Below are positions 47,099 through 56,769 of a stretch of 64,000 bases of DNA, in pieces. Numbering within the stretch: the first letter of the stretch is position 1; each line of letters opens with the position of its first letter. The position numbers were made by a program, and so were the translations under genes. Origin of the DNA: a virus; IMG/VR virus record IMGVR_UViG_3300017991_000004, positions 32,001 through 96,000 of that record, one strand, 5' to 3'. The notes under the pieces were generated by a model. It was not told where the DNA came from, searched no databases, and saw only the letters and a program-made list of their open reading frames with translations.

Positions 47099-48082
47099 CT
47101 ACTGGGGCTGCGTCAGTTCGTCAGCGTGGTCATTGTCAAACTCCTGGAGTCTCTTCGCGACTAGCTGGTTTTGGGCCTTGGTCAGCGACATCTGCTTGTA
47201 GTTCTCGCGGACAGCACCAATGGTGGCATGGCCTACGTCGAGGAATTTGTTCCGCAGAACTTTGGTGAGACCCAGATTGCCAATGTGCCAATCGTTTAGG
47301 CAGTCCTGCTGGGTTAAGGTCTTGCGCTCCTGGGCTTTCTTGGCCTTCTTGGGCTTGTTGAGTATTCTTTTCTCAAAAGATGTGAGAACCGGCTGGTCAT
47401 ACGTGACCTGCATGGTAGGTGTGCGTCCTAACACGCCTCTTTTATCCGGATTACACGCCCACACCTCGTTGACTCTTTTGAGCATTTCCTCAGTCAAAGT
47501 AACTTGCCAGGTTGTACCCCAGAGACCCGCGCGGGCGCGCAGGAAGGCTCTCCACCGACCGTATGCCTTGGTAGGATTGTCTTTGGGATGGCAGAGGGCA
47601 ATCCCGCGAGTCACTATTACGGGACAGCTTTTCATTTTTGCCCTTAAAAGGCAGACAGTGACAACTGGTTGCGACTTGCTGTCTCGCAGGTAGTAGAAGA
47701 ACAACTCTGCTTTTGAGGAGCTGTGGGGTGGAAGGTGCTTGTCGAGCATTTCCTGCGGAGAAGGTCTGTGACCTTTAGGATACTTCGCCTCCCACACTGT
47801 GTGGGGAGCACTCTGCTCCTCGAGGTACTGCTCGAAAGTCAGCAGTGGTAGGCGAGGCCGACGCTTGTGGCGCTCGTTTTTGCGGCGCTCTTTGTCGAAC
47901 TCTACGAGCCGCGAGAACCGCCGACGACACTGCGGACAGGCACAGCGCACGGTAACCTCTTGGCCAGGAGCGCATACTCCCATGGCAGCGAAACCAGGCG
48001 GCAGCACAGTCTTGACCAAACCGTTGCACTGGTGCTTACCTTCAGCGCAACTGTCACAAAGGATTTTAACTCTCGGAGCCAT
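47099..48082 (-). CDS. Hypothetical protein with an N-terminal zinc finger
   Basis: 327 aa, SD AGGAGG. Confidence 0.7.
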   Translation of the reverse strand: MAPRVKILCDSCAEGKHQCNGLVKTVLPPGFAAMGVCAPGQEVTVRCACPQCRRRFSRLVEFDKERRKNERHKRRPRLPLLTFEQYLEEQSAPHTVWEAKYPKGHRPSPQEMLDKHLPPHSSSKAELFFYYLRDSKSQPVVTVCLLRAKMKSCPVIVTRGIALCHPKDNPTKAYGRWRAFLRARAGLWGTTWQVTLTEEMLKRVNEVWACNPDKRGVLGRTPTMQVTYDQPVLTSFEKRILNKPKKAKKAQERKTLTQQDCLNDWHIGNLGLTKVLRNKFLDVGHATIGAVRENYKQMSLTKAQNQLVAKRLQEFDNDHADELTQPQ

Positions 48083-48102
48083 GCCTTCCTCCTTAATAGG
48101 GA

Positions 48103-49236
48103 CTATAACTTTCTTGGAATTGCAGACAGATGCCGATAGGTCATGGCATCGTTGAATGGGAACTCAAAGCCGCAGGCGCACTCTCCCTCGGCGGCCAAGT
48201 GCTTGGGCTTTCGCATGACTATGCCGTCAATGAGTTGAGCGTCCCTCTCGTTGTAACAGCACTTGTTCATGCAGCGAGGGCACAGCCAATAGAAGATGTC
48301 GTAGTCCATCATGACTTGGGCGCCTTGAACACATCGCCATCAGGAGTTTTGATGACGAACCCCTGCCGGAGCATTTCCTTCGCCGTGAGGTAGAAGTATG
48401 AGAGCCACTGGTCGAACCGATTACCTGCACCGTGCTTGGTAAGGTAAGCGATACGGGCAGCCCTCTGGTCGAGTGTCTTGAACTCCTTTGGCTCGGGAGG
48501 ATTCTCCGCGTACTGTATCAGCGGCTTAACCTTTGCCTTTCCCTTTCCTTTTTTGGCTTGCGACGACTTTGGGCTTGCCTTCTTCTTTGGCTTGCTCACC
48601 GACTTCTTGGAGCTTCCTTTCGGTTTCGCTGAACTCGTTTTCTTTGCGGCCATTGGCTTCCTCCTTCAGTACGAGTTTCAGGTTTCCGCAGACGCCTGTG
48701 GCATAGGTCGATGCCTTGCGGTGCTTCTGCAATTGTGCTGGGGACCATGTTACCCGGAGAACACTCTTCATTGTCTCCTTGCCTTTGCCAGGGTCTCGCA
48801 TGATTGTGATAGAGTACCCGGACGGGTTCTCATTCTTGCGCCCGTAGCGCTGCCCGAACACAACCAGGTCGGGCTGGTCGAGAGTTGCTACGAACTGAGC
48901 GACGAGCGCCTCGATTCGTTGACCCATTGCGATGCCGGTGTCGGGGACAGGAGGTACGGCTGTCTCTTCGACGACCTTTTTGAGAACCTTCCTGCGGGCA
49001 GCAGGCTTCCTGCCCTTCTTCCCGAAGTGTTCGTTCAGGATTGCTCTGGCCTTGGGGCTGAGAACTGGCATGACTTCCTCCTATGTCTTGACGAAAGGTG
49101 GAGCAGGACGAGGAGCGCATCCTCGGCGCTTCAGTTCTGCGTAGATGTTTCCGATACGGATGATTGTGACGAAGTTCATGTCACCTTGCATCAGTTCGTT
49201 GTACTTCTTCCTCAAGGCTTCAGTTGTTCCGCTCAT
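48103..49236 (-). other. Four small genes (48103-48312, 48309-48653 Lys-rich, 48526-49071 basic, ~49081-49236)
   Basis: Two start at AGGAGGAAGTCATG cassettes and one at AGGAGGAAGCCAATG. Confidence 0.6.
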
Positions 49237-49359
49237 GACTTCCTCCTATAAACTGCAATCGCTTGCGGTTGAGTTATCTGCTGGTACCAGCAGACTGAGT
49301 TAGTAAAGCAGGAGGCGGGGACGAACCCAGGCAAGGCGGTGGCTGACCGTTCGCAGGGT

Positions 49360-49641
49360 TCAATCCCCAACCTCCTCATTCACGTCGATAATAGCGTCGA
49401 GGATGTCATCCTCAAGGAAGTTCAGGTTGATTGCTAGACCTAGTTCCTTGCAGCGTTTGATGTAGAAGTAAGCGGGTAGGTCAAATTCATCGTCGAGGTA
49501 GGCTTCAAAATGGTCAGAGCATACTTTCCAATCACCGTAACGGGTATCGCCTTCGTTCTCGCATCCTCCTACGTCGCATTTATTTCCTACTACCTCTTGT
49601 GTATTTGCTGCCCGAGCGGATTTGCCCTTGCGCCTTGCCAT
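49360..49641 (-). CDS. Hypothetical protein
   Basis: 93 aa, SD AGGAG. Confidence 0.6.
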   Translation of the reverse strand: MARRKGKSARAANTQEVVGNKCDVGGCENEGDTRYGDWKVCSDHFEAYLDDEFDLPAYFYIKRCKELGLAINLNFLEDDILDAIIDVNEEVGD

Positions 49642-49786
49642 TGCGGGTATCTCCTATCATAGCCAGCCACCTATCATACTAATATTCTAGATGGGAGCCA
49701 AACGATTATCAATCCCGCAAGGCGAAAAAATAAAATTATTTTAATGGGAATTTTATCTGCTGGTACCAGCAGAAGTGAGAGGAAAT

Positions 49787-49814
49787 AAAAACGCCGCTGC
49801 GATTAACAGCGGCG
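49787..49814 (-). terminator. Rho-independent terminator after the modification operon
   Basis: CGCCGCTG-N7-CAGCGGCG then TTTTT on the minus strand. Confidence 0.65.
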
Positions 49815-49953
49815 CTGGCACGAAGTTGCACAAGACCTGTGAAGGCCCGTTCTCTGGAAGCATTAAAAGTTTGGCGAGCGGAATGAGGCGCGAAAGTGCA
49901 GTACGGTGCGGTAGTTTCTGACTGGTAAAGTCAGCCTGTTTGTGCGCCCCAGG

Positions 49954-50667
49954 TCAAGTCGTCTTGGTCTTCTTTTTCTTGCCTATCCGCTTGAGGTAGT
50001 CACGGCAGACAATGCGGAAGACTTCTTCGTCGTCTGCGGTAATGCCCTGGAAGGCTCGTTTGAGGCGATGCCACATGGCAAGGTCTTTTTCAGTCAGGGA
50101 GAACCGCAGGAAACCTTCCTGCTCCATCGGATTTGTTATCTCCCCCAGCTTCTTGTTACGCAGAGCGTCGAGGTCGAAGGAAAGCAGGTTCATGTAGCCC
50201 TCTAGGTCTTCCCGGCTGAAGGGCATCGTGGTTTCGAGGTCATCCAGCCCGTGCTTATCGACGAGCTCCTGAACCAGTTCAGCCATCTTCACATGGTCAG
50301 ACTTGAACCTCGTTTCGTTTATCTCCATCGCCATTCGCTTGGCTGTCGTAACAGGCACCTTGCCCAGGTTGAACGCAACAGCCATCTTCATTCCGGCCTC
50401 GTGGAAGGCATCGACTCGGTGGTTACCGTCCACCACTTCGAGCGTACCATCAGGCATTTCGCGAACGATGATATTCACGACCTGCTTGTTGCGTTTGATG
50501 TTGGCAGCGAGTTTCTTCGACTGCTCGTCGTCGTCTTCTTTGTAGTTCCAGGGAGCCTTCCGTAGCTTTGCTACGGGAACCAGCTGGTACTGCTCAAGGG
50601 ACGCTAGAGCGTTTACCGCTTTGCCTTTCGACTTGCTGGTTTTCTTTTTCTTTTTGGCTTTGGGCAT
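49954..50667 (-). CDS. ParB/Srx N-terminal-domain protein
   Basis: LRKAPWNYK...IIVRE...EVVDGNHR; Lys-rich N-terminus; last gene of the modification cluster. Confidence 0.85.
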   Translation of the reverse strand: MPKAKKKKKTSKSKGKAVNALASLEQYQLVPVAKLRKAPWNYKEDDDEQSKKLAANIKRNKQVVNIIVREMPDGTLEVVDGNHRVDAFHEAGMKMAVAFNLGKVPVTTAKRMAMEINETRFKSDHVKMAELVQELVDKHGLDDLETTMPFSREDLEGYMNLLSFDLDALRNKKLGEITNPMEQEGFLRFSLTEKDLAMWHRLKRAFQGITADDEEVFRIVCRDYLKRIGKKKKTKTT

Positions 50668-51479
50668 GGTCCGTCCTCGTTAAAAAAGATGCCACGCTTC
50701 TCCCACAGACGGGTGACGAATTGTTCGTGCTCTTTGTAGTGCTGCACCATTCTGTGCGTGCGCCGCTTGTAAGGTTTGGTCACTTCAATCAGGGAAGGCT
50801 CGCAGTTCCGCAACAGCCGGCCACCTCGTTGCTTCAGGTGATACGAGCGGCTCTCCTGCTGGACTACTTGCCCGTACTGTTCCCCTGCAAGCCAGGAGGT
50901 AGAGTCAATCGAACAGAATGGAATGGAGATAGCCAGCTTGGTAGTGGTGCAGCCGAAGCCGTGATGCCAGCGGCCTGCGTCATACGCCAAGACACTCATA
51001 CCTGCCAGGGTGTCGCCAGGGATAAAACGCCAACCCTTGCCGCCTGTGGCAACCATTTCGTAGTTCTTTACCAGCTCTTTCCACCCTTTGATTCCTTCGG
51101 CAGGGTGCCATACAGGCATAATCTTCGGCGTCAGTTTAAGTAGAGCCCGTCGCCACTTCTTCACCTGTCGCAGGCCCACTTGCTCTTGGATGTCCATCTC
51201 CGCGAACCAATCTATCCTCGGGTTGTCCCGGTGTGTGCGAACAAAATCCATCCATCCCTTGACGAACTTGTCCAGGTCATATCCTTCTGTGCTCTTTTGC
51301 AGCGAGTGAGCACCGGAGTCGATTGCGACGTGCTGGAACACCTTGCTTCCTAGCACAGCGGTCACGTCTTTATCGGTACGCGCCCGCCAGAACGCAGGAT
51401 AGGCTGCCAGCACGCTCTTTGTGCCGGCGTCTTCCAGCTTTTCCCAGTGGGTCTCTGCACCAGCGAAGTAGTAGCGCAT
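50613..51479 (-). CDS. dpdA: DpdA/TGT-like deazaguanine DNA transglycosylase
   Basis: MRYYFAG, IDSGAHS (TGT DSG motif), IMPVWH, VATGG, HGFG, PFCSIDSTSW; lies beside the que genes. Confidence 0.7.
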   Translation of the reverse strand: MRYYFAGAETHWEKLEDAGTKSVLAAYPAFWRARTDKDVTAVLGSKVFQHVAIDSGAHSLQKSTEGYDLDKFVKGWMDFVRTHRDNPRIDWFAEMDIQEQVGLRQVKKWRRALLKLTPKIMPVWHPAEGIKGWKELVKNYEMVATGGKGWRFIPGDTLAGMSVLAYDAGRWHHGFGCTTTKLAISIPFCSIDSTSWLAGEQYGQVVQQESRSYHLKQRGGRLLRNCEPSLIEVTKPYKRRTHRMVQHYKEHEQFVTRLWEKRGIFFNEDGPCPKPKRKRKPASRKAKR

Positions 51480-51487
51480 GGTGTCTC

Positions 51488-52609
51488 CTATCGGAACAGG
51501 TTGGCCCCGCAACAAATGTCAACAATACGTTGCAGAGAAGAGTCGTAATACTCTAGCCGTTCCCTGGCCCGACCAAACGACTTAGTTGGACCTGTCATTG
51601 CCTCTTCGATTTTTACCAGAGCGTCATCAAGGCCGGTGTAGAGCCAGCTAGAATTGAAACCGACCACTTCAGGGTGAGAATAGTCATTGGGTACTACAGG
51701 TATCGTACCTAACGCCATAGCCTCGAGAGTGCAGTAGCCGAAGTTCTCTTCGATGGTCGTCGATACCATTACCTTTGCCTCGGCAAGCAGACGGTAGTAG
51801 TCCGTCTTGGAGAGTCCTTCGTGAATTTCGACGATACCTCCCAGTTCAAGCGCCCTGGCGTACTCGCACAGCCACACTTGATTGCTCCGAAACATCTCTC
51901 GGGAGGTGCAGACACCAAACCGCCACTTGGGATGCCGCCGTTTCAGAATAACAGCCAGGTCGAGGAAAAGGTTGGGCCTCTTTTCGTAGTCGAACCGGTT
52001 GGGGAACAGGATGAAGTCCCGTTTCACAATGTCCGGAGCAGCCGCTTGGACCTCTTTGGAGCTAAAGGGGTTACCGGTGACATGAATGTTCCGCAGAACT
52101 TGGTCGTATGACTTGCCTGAGGATTGCAGGCGGCGGTCAACAAACGCAAACTTGTGGTATTCAGTGCCAACGAAGATACCGTCTACTGCGAACGCCCAAC
52201 CGATTTCGAGATACTCCGCCCAGTATGCCATCGGTGCGGCGAAGTCTTCCTTGGTGTACGTTCCAGCGTGAAGGAATACGAATATCTTCGCGTCGATACC
52301 GTTCAGTTGAATGAGGTATTTCAACATTTCGATGGGGAACCACATATCCGCGACGAAGAAAATGTCACCGTCTTGCACCTTTCCTGCGTAGAACAGGGCG
52401 GCAAGGTTCTTTACCTGCTCCGCCTTCCAGTGCATCGTACTGTTGACATCAAGGAAGGCTCCTACCTCTATCTTGTCGCAGAGAGGCTCGCCTATCACCT
52501 CGACATACTCGAAGGTATGATAATCGGCAGCCCGAAACCACCGGAGCCACTGCCCTGTATACCGTTCCTCAAGAGGTTCCAGCGCCAAATGCCAGAAGGT
52601 ATTGCCCAT
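51488..52609 (-). CDS. Glycosyltransferase (GT-B, GT4-like)
   Basis: FPNRFDYEKRP...STTIEENFGYCTLEAMALGTIPVVPN (EX7E-type motif). Confidence 0.85.
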   Translation of the reverse strand: MGNTFWHLALEPLEERYTGQWLRWFRAADYHTFEYVEVIGEPLCDKIEVGAFLDVNSTMHWKAEQVKNLAALFYAGKVQDGDIFFVADMWFPIEMLKYLIQLNGIDAKIFVFLHAGTYTKEDFAAPMAYWAEYLEIGWAFAVDGIFVGTEYHKFAFVDRRLQSSGKSYDQVLRNIHVTGNPFSSKEVQAAAPDIVKRDFILFPNRFDYEKRPNLFLDLAVILKRRHPKWRFGVCTSREMFRSNQVWLCEYARALELGGIVEIHEGLSKTDYYRLLAEAKVMVSTTIEENFGYCTLEAMALGTIPVVPNDYSHPEVVGFNSSWLYTGLDDALVKIEEAMTGPTKSFGRARERLEYYDSSLQRIVDICCGANLFR

Positions 52610-52619
52610 GGCTGTTCTC

Positions 52620-53240
52620 CTAGTCCAAGCCTATGTAGAGGTTTTCGAGAAGGGTCATCCGAACATCTTGCAGGTCGCGGTCCTTCTCAGCGTCTTGCAG
52701 AAAATAATTGTAGAGCGTCTTCTCGTTGCCGTACCGCGGATGGGGGAAAAGGTACACCGGACAGGCCGGCTTGTGCTTTTGGATGATGGCGATGGCTTCG
52801 TGGTATTCTTTGGCGTTGGTAACTACAAACTTCACCTGGTCAGTTTTCCGCAGAAGGTTAAGGTTACTCAACGCTGTAATACCTGGGCGGACAAACAGGA
52901 AAATCGTCAGTCCTTCGACCGACACGAATCGGTCAAGGCGTTTGAATCCGTTGGTTTGCAGCGTCGGAGAGAAACCTTCTTCGATAAGACAGGTGATGAA
53001 CCGCAGCAGCTCCTCATGTGACTGTAACAGCGGCTCCCCACAGTCGAGGTAGACGTGCCTGATGTTCTTCAGGAGACATAGTTGCAGTAAGGCATCCGGA
53101 GACATCTCTTTGTACTCGTCGTCTTGTCGAGTGCAGTAAGGGCAGCGTGAGTTGCAGCCAAAAAACTCGATGAACAAGGTAGGCAGACCCGCCTTTTGGC
53201 CTTCGGCTTCGATTGAATACATATCGTAAACAATCTTCAT
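52620..53240 (-). CDS. Second QueE-like radical SAM protein (divergent)
   Basis: SIEAEG...GCNSRCPYC, CGEPLLQ, QTNG, QVKFVV. Confidence 0.75.
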   Translation of the reverse strand: MKIVYDMYSIEAEGQKAGLPTLFIEFFGCNSRCPYCTRQDDEYKEMSPDALLQLCLLKNIRHVYLDCGEPLLQSHEELLRFITCLIEEGFSPTLQTNGFKRLDRFVSVEGLTIFLFVRPGITALSNLNLLRKTDQVKFVVTNAKEYHEAIAIIQKHKPACPVYLFPHPRYGNEKTLYNYFLQDAEKDRDLQDVRMTLLENLYIGLD

Positions 53241-53908
53241 GGCAGCTCCTTTACCAACGCGTTCCAGTTGACCTTGTGCTTGAACAAGGCGACCTCCGCA
53301 GCCGCCTCACGGTACCGCTGCCGGTCAGACTCGGACAGATTATCCACCGGAGTGAGGTTGCGTAGAACCTCTGCTGCCGTCAGCAGCGTACGCACCTCAC
53401 CCATGATTGGGTGCGGCGCGAAAGGCGACAATGAGTATGCCTCAAAGAGGTAGTACCGCTCGTCGTTCTCCCAGAGTTTCTGCTGACTTGGGTAAAACCT
53501 GTCGAGCATGTTTCGCTTGCCAGCCCGCTCGTCAAGGTCAAGAACCTCATGAGGGACATTCATGGCAACCGAGTAGTAGATTCGCTGGCGAGCGGGGATG
53601 GCTTTGGCCGTGTGGTAGACGTATAGATGGTGCTGGTGTTTCTCTTCCGCCATCGGAATGAATAAGCAGTTGATGTCGTCGGGCATCGCCGGCCACTGGA
53701 AGGGACAGAAACCTAGCTGACTGGCCGCTACTTGCGATTCCTTCACCCGCTGTCCTTCTCGCTCGAAGAAGTAGACCACAGCGTCAATCAGTCCCGCCCG
53801 AATGACCCGATGACAGCCAATGACCTCGTCGTCGGGATGCGGCGCAAGGATAACGCTTCGGCCGCTCCCTTGCTGTACCTGTTTCACGACGTCGGCGAAG
53901 GGAATCAT
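53237..53908 (-). CDS. PIG-L/LmbE-family de-N-acetylase-like protein
   Basis: ILAPHPDDEVIGC metal motif, HQHH, YPSQ. Confidence 0.8.
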   Translation of the reverse strand: MIPFADVVKQVQQGSGRSVILAPHPDDEVIGCHRVIRAGLIDAVVYFFEREGQRVKESQVAASQLGFCPFQWPAMPDDINCLFIPMAEEKHQHHLYVYHTAKAIPARQRIYYSVAMNVPHEVLDLDERAGKRNMLDRFYPSQQKLWENDERYYLFEAYSLSPFAPHPIMGEVRTLLTAAEVLRNLTPVDNLSESDRQRYREAAAEVALFKHKVNWNALVKELP

Positions 53909-54285
53909 AACTCCTCCATACCATCCGTGATGGCTTGCTCTAGTTTCTCGTTAACTATGAACAGATGGTAGTCACGCCCTAGCAATCGCCGCATGGCCCA
54001 GTCGAGGTTTTTGCTTTCGCGCCACACGAAGGTAGGGTCATTTGTCTTGACGAAGATGTAGAGGTCGATGTCGCTGGAGGCGGCAGGCTTTTTAGGATTG
54101 TACTTGCTGTAAGACCCCGACAGATAGATGGAGACTACTTCACTGCCACGGAGGTTAAGGAGCAGGGGAACGAGTTTCTTCGCCCGAGGTCTATCCTCTG
54201 CGTTGAACTGCGCCCTTCTCCCGCTTCCAAATATACTCCGTGACAAACTCTTCCCTATCGACGCCATCAGGGACTTCAGTGACAT
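53905..54285 (-). CDS. Minimal nucleotidyltransferase-domain protein (start may be downstream)
   Basis: IYLSGSY...SDIDLYI (GS...DxD, pol-beta superfamily). Confidence 0.7.
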   Translation of the reverse strand: MSLKSLMASIGKSLSRSIFGSGRRAQFNAEDRPRAKKLVPLLLNLRGSEVVSIYLSGSYSKYNPKKPAASSDIDLYIFVKTNDPTFVWRESKNLDWAMRRLLGRDYHLFIVNEKLEQAITDGMEEL

Positions 54286-54766
54286 TGGGTAGTCCTAGAA
54301 CCAGGGAACGAATGATGGGGTCTACTGCCATCCTGAACTCGTCACTCGGCCGCTTGCCGTCCGACACCCAAGGCAAAGGGCCGTAGAAGAACAGTTGGGA
54401 GTATGTCTTTACCCACTCATGGACAAACAGCTCTATCGCGCGGTAGGTAGGCTGCTCTTTGTCTTCGATGCAGTAGACCGCGTAACCGAAAAAGTCGATA
54501 ACGCTCCGGTCTGCAAGCACAAAGGCCATGTCCCCTCGCAGGCACGCTCTGGTCTCGAGGAGCGCCTGCTGGAGAATGATGTTCGCCTGCGCGGTCGCGT
54601 CATAGTCGAGCAGCACAGGGTCAAAGTACCGCTTGCGGTCTAGAGAAACAAGCGCCTCGACCTGGCACCCCCGCTTGCGGAGGTCGCCTGTTATGGAGTA
54701 GAGGGCAGTTGTCTTCCCTGAGCAACTCGTCCCCACGACAGCGTACTTGCGAGCCGGTATGTTCAC
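54191..54766 (-). CDS. P-loop nucleotide kinase/AAA_28-like ATPase
   Basis: VVGTSCSGKTT, LADRSVID, DGKR. Confidence 0.75.
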   Translation of the reverse strand: MNIPARKYAVVGTSCSGKTTALYSITGDLRKRGCQVEALVSLDRKRYFDPVLLDYDATAQANIILQQALLETRACLRGDMAFVLADRSVIDFFGYAVYCIEDKEQPTYRAIELFVHEWVKTYSQLFFYGPLPWVSDGKRPSDEFRMAVDPIIRSLVLGLPNVTEVPDGVDREEFVTEYIWKREKGAVQRRG

Positions 54767-54907
54767 CTAAAACTCCTCCTCCCAGAACCGGTCGAGGTAG
54801 CGTTCGAGGATTGCGGCATCGCACTCTGTTCCCTCGCCGTCGTCCGTTATGTAAATCCAGAGGCGGCCGGAGGGTAGTTCCTCGACAGTGTATTTGCCTA
54901 CCCGCAT

Positions 54908-55378
54908 CTACTCCCCCGGCCCGTATGTTGCGTGCCACACTTCGAGGTCGTGTACCACTGACGCCTGTGCAGTCAGTTCACCTTTTAGAGTTGCGACCTG
55001 GCGCTCTAGTTCGGAGAGGCGAGCGATTAGCGAGGAATCACTCACGGCATCACGCACTACTTGGGCACCGTTCTCGGCATCCTCCCAAACCGCTACCTCG
55101 ACCATCTCCGGGAAGGCTTCCAGCAGTTCCCCGCACATCATTTCGCAACTGGTAGCCCCCAGGTCTGCCCGGTCAAAATGGTTGCGAAGATAGTCGGTAA
55201 CTGCCCGCTTGAACTGGATGAACTCGATGTCGCGGTCATCGTGGTTTACAGCGGCTTTCGCCTTCACATGGAAGATGTGCCGGTGCTTGTCGCGCAAGAA
55301 GGCGACATCATCGTGAGGACATCCTGGCCAGTGATGGATGGCTTCGAACTGAGTCTTGATAAGGATGAATGTTTGCAT
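54908..55378 (-). CDS. QueD-like T-fold protein, DpdL-like (putative CDG decarboxylase)
   Basis: FEAIHHWP..P...FLRDKHRHIFHV (LxxxHRHxF), DRDIEFI, SCEM, VWEDAENG; directly downstream of folE. Confidence 0.65.
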   Translation of the reverse strand: MQTFILIKTQFEAIHHWPGCPHDDVAFLRDKHRHIFHVKAKAAVNHDDRDIEFIQFKRAVTDYLRNHFDRADLGATSCEMMCGELLEAFPEMVEVAVWEDAENGAQVVRDAVSDSSLIARLSELERQVATLKGELTAQASVVHDLEVWHATYGPGE

Positions 55379-55386
55379 GGCTTCTC

Positions 55387-55962
55387 CTAGTATCTGCACA
55401 GACGATGAAACTCTTCCTTCACATCCTTCTCGGTGAAGCATCCGCGTAAAGCGGAGGTGACCATCACTGAGTTTTGCTTCTCTACTCCTCGCGAAGTCAT
55501 GCAGAAGTGTTGGGCCTCTACTATGACGCCCACTCCGCGTGGAGAGAGGTTGTCGTTCAGCGCGTCGGCGATTTGCTGAGTCATCTTCTCTTGAATCTGA
55601 AGCCTTCTGGCGAAGCACTCGACCAGGCGAGCCAGCTTGGAGATACCTACCACCCGCGTACCCGGAACGTACCCGACGTGCGCCTTACCGAAGAAGGGCA
55701 GGAGATGGTGCTCACAGGTCGAGTACATTTCGATGTCTCGCAGGAGCACCATTTGGTCGTAGTTCTCCGTCTCCTCGAAGACTGTGCAGAGCACATCCTT
55801 CGGGTTTTGCTTGTATCCGCCGTAGAGCTTGTCCCAACTGCGGACAACCCGGTCAGGAGTACCCACCAACCCTTCGCGTTCAGGGTCGTCTCCGATGTGT
55901 TGCAGCAGTAGCCCTATCAGGGTATGTCGAGAATCTTGTGCCCTTGCAGACTGAGTCGCCAT
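55387..55962 (-). CDS. folE: GTP cyclohydrolase I
   Basis: REGLVGTPDRV, STCEHHLLPF, GISKLARLV, RLQIQE, HFCMTSRGV. Confidence 0.95.
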   Translation of the reverse strand: MATQSARAQDSRHTLIGLLLQHIGDDPEREGLVGTPDRVVRSWDKLYGGYKQNPKDVLCTVFEETENYDQMVLLRDIEMYSTCEHHLLPFFGKAHVGYVPGTRVVGISKLARLVECFARRLQIQEKMTQQIADALNDNLSPRGVGVIVEAQHFCMTSRGVEKQNSVMVTSALRGCFTEKDVKEEFHRLCRY

Positions 55963-56573
55963 TTGGGGTTCTCCTTTACAAACTGAACTGCCCTGTTCAT
56001 CACAGGAAGGTTAATAGTCAGGGAAGTCGAATATCCGTGAGGACTGGCTTCCCAACAAGGTTGAATGAACAGCCGACCGGGGGGCCAGTCATCCGCGATG
56101 TCTTCAGCCATCGGGATAAGGCTCAAGTTTTCCTCGGTCAGCACGATTTTTATTTCGTGGATACGGTACGGGTCAGTCAGCGTCCACGGTTCGGCGCCGA
56201 CAAACGTTTTGGGGGAAACAGTTATCCAGTCTACCCAGCTCCAGGGCAGGTCTTCCGGCAAGTTGATGGTGCCGTTGGTTTCGATGTGAATTTGGTAGCC
56301 CTGTTCCCGAAGAACCGGTACAAGTTCTTCGAGGTCGAAGAGTTGCCACAGTGGTTCACCCCCTGTGATGACAACTCTCTTCGCGGGGAACCTGCGCATC
56401 TGGGCAAGGACTTCGCCAGGAGTCAATTGCGCGACGATACTGTGATAGTCAGTGTCGCAAAATTCACAGTTTTGATTGCACCCGGACAGGCGTATGAACA
56501 CCGCAGGTGTCCCCGCCCAGGTTCCCTCCATCTGAAGGGAATAGAAAATGGGCTCGGCAAGGTCTAGCGCCAT
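55917..56573 (-). CDS. queE: 7-carboxy-7-deazaguanine synthase
   Basis: FYSLQMEG...FIRLSGCNQNCEFCDT, ITGGEP, IETNGT, TVSPK, WRLSLQGHK. Confidence 0.92.
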   Translation of the reverse strand: MALDLAEPIFYSLQMEGTWAGTPAVFIRLSGCNQNCEFCDTDYHSIVAQLTPGEVLAQMRRFPAKRVVITGGEPLWQLFDLEELVPVLREQGYQIHIETNGTINLPEDLPWSWVDWITVSPKTFVGAEPWTLTDPYRIHEIKIVLTEENLSLIPMAEDIADDWPPGRLFIQPCWEASPHGYSTSLTINLPVMNRAVQFVKENPKWRLSLQGHKILDIP

Positions 56574-56769
56574 GATTTACTCCTTCGTTTTAGGTCTGCC
56601 TTGCGACTTCGTCACATCAACCGCAATCTGGATGACCAGCACAAAGACAATCAGCATCCACATCACGTTGAAGTCCCAGTCCCATCCCTCTACTGGGCAA
56701 TACTCCAGGACCAGACAGACAAGAAAAACTACATATCCCATGACAACCTCCTCTGCTGGTACCAGCAGA

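Noticed and set aside
49815-49950. Possible structured RNA downstream of the second ParB gene
   Set aside because: Only a short CTGACT/AGTCAG hairpin is visible, with no recognisable riboswitch (such as preQ1) or other family signature.
55539-56567. 342-aa plus-strand ORF
   Set aside because: Antisense to queE and folE.
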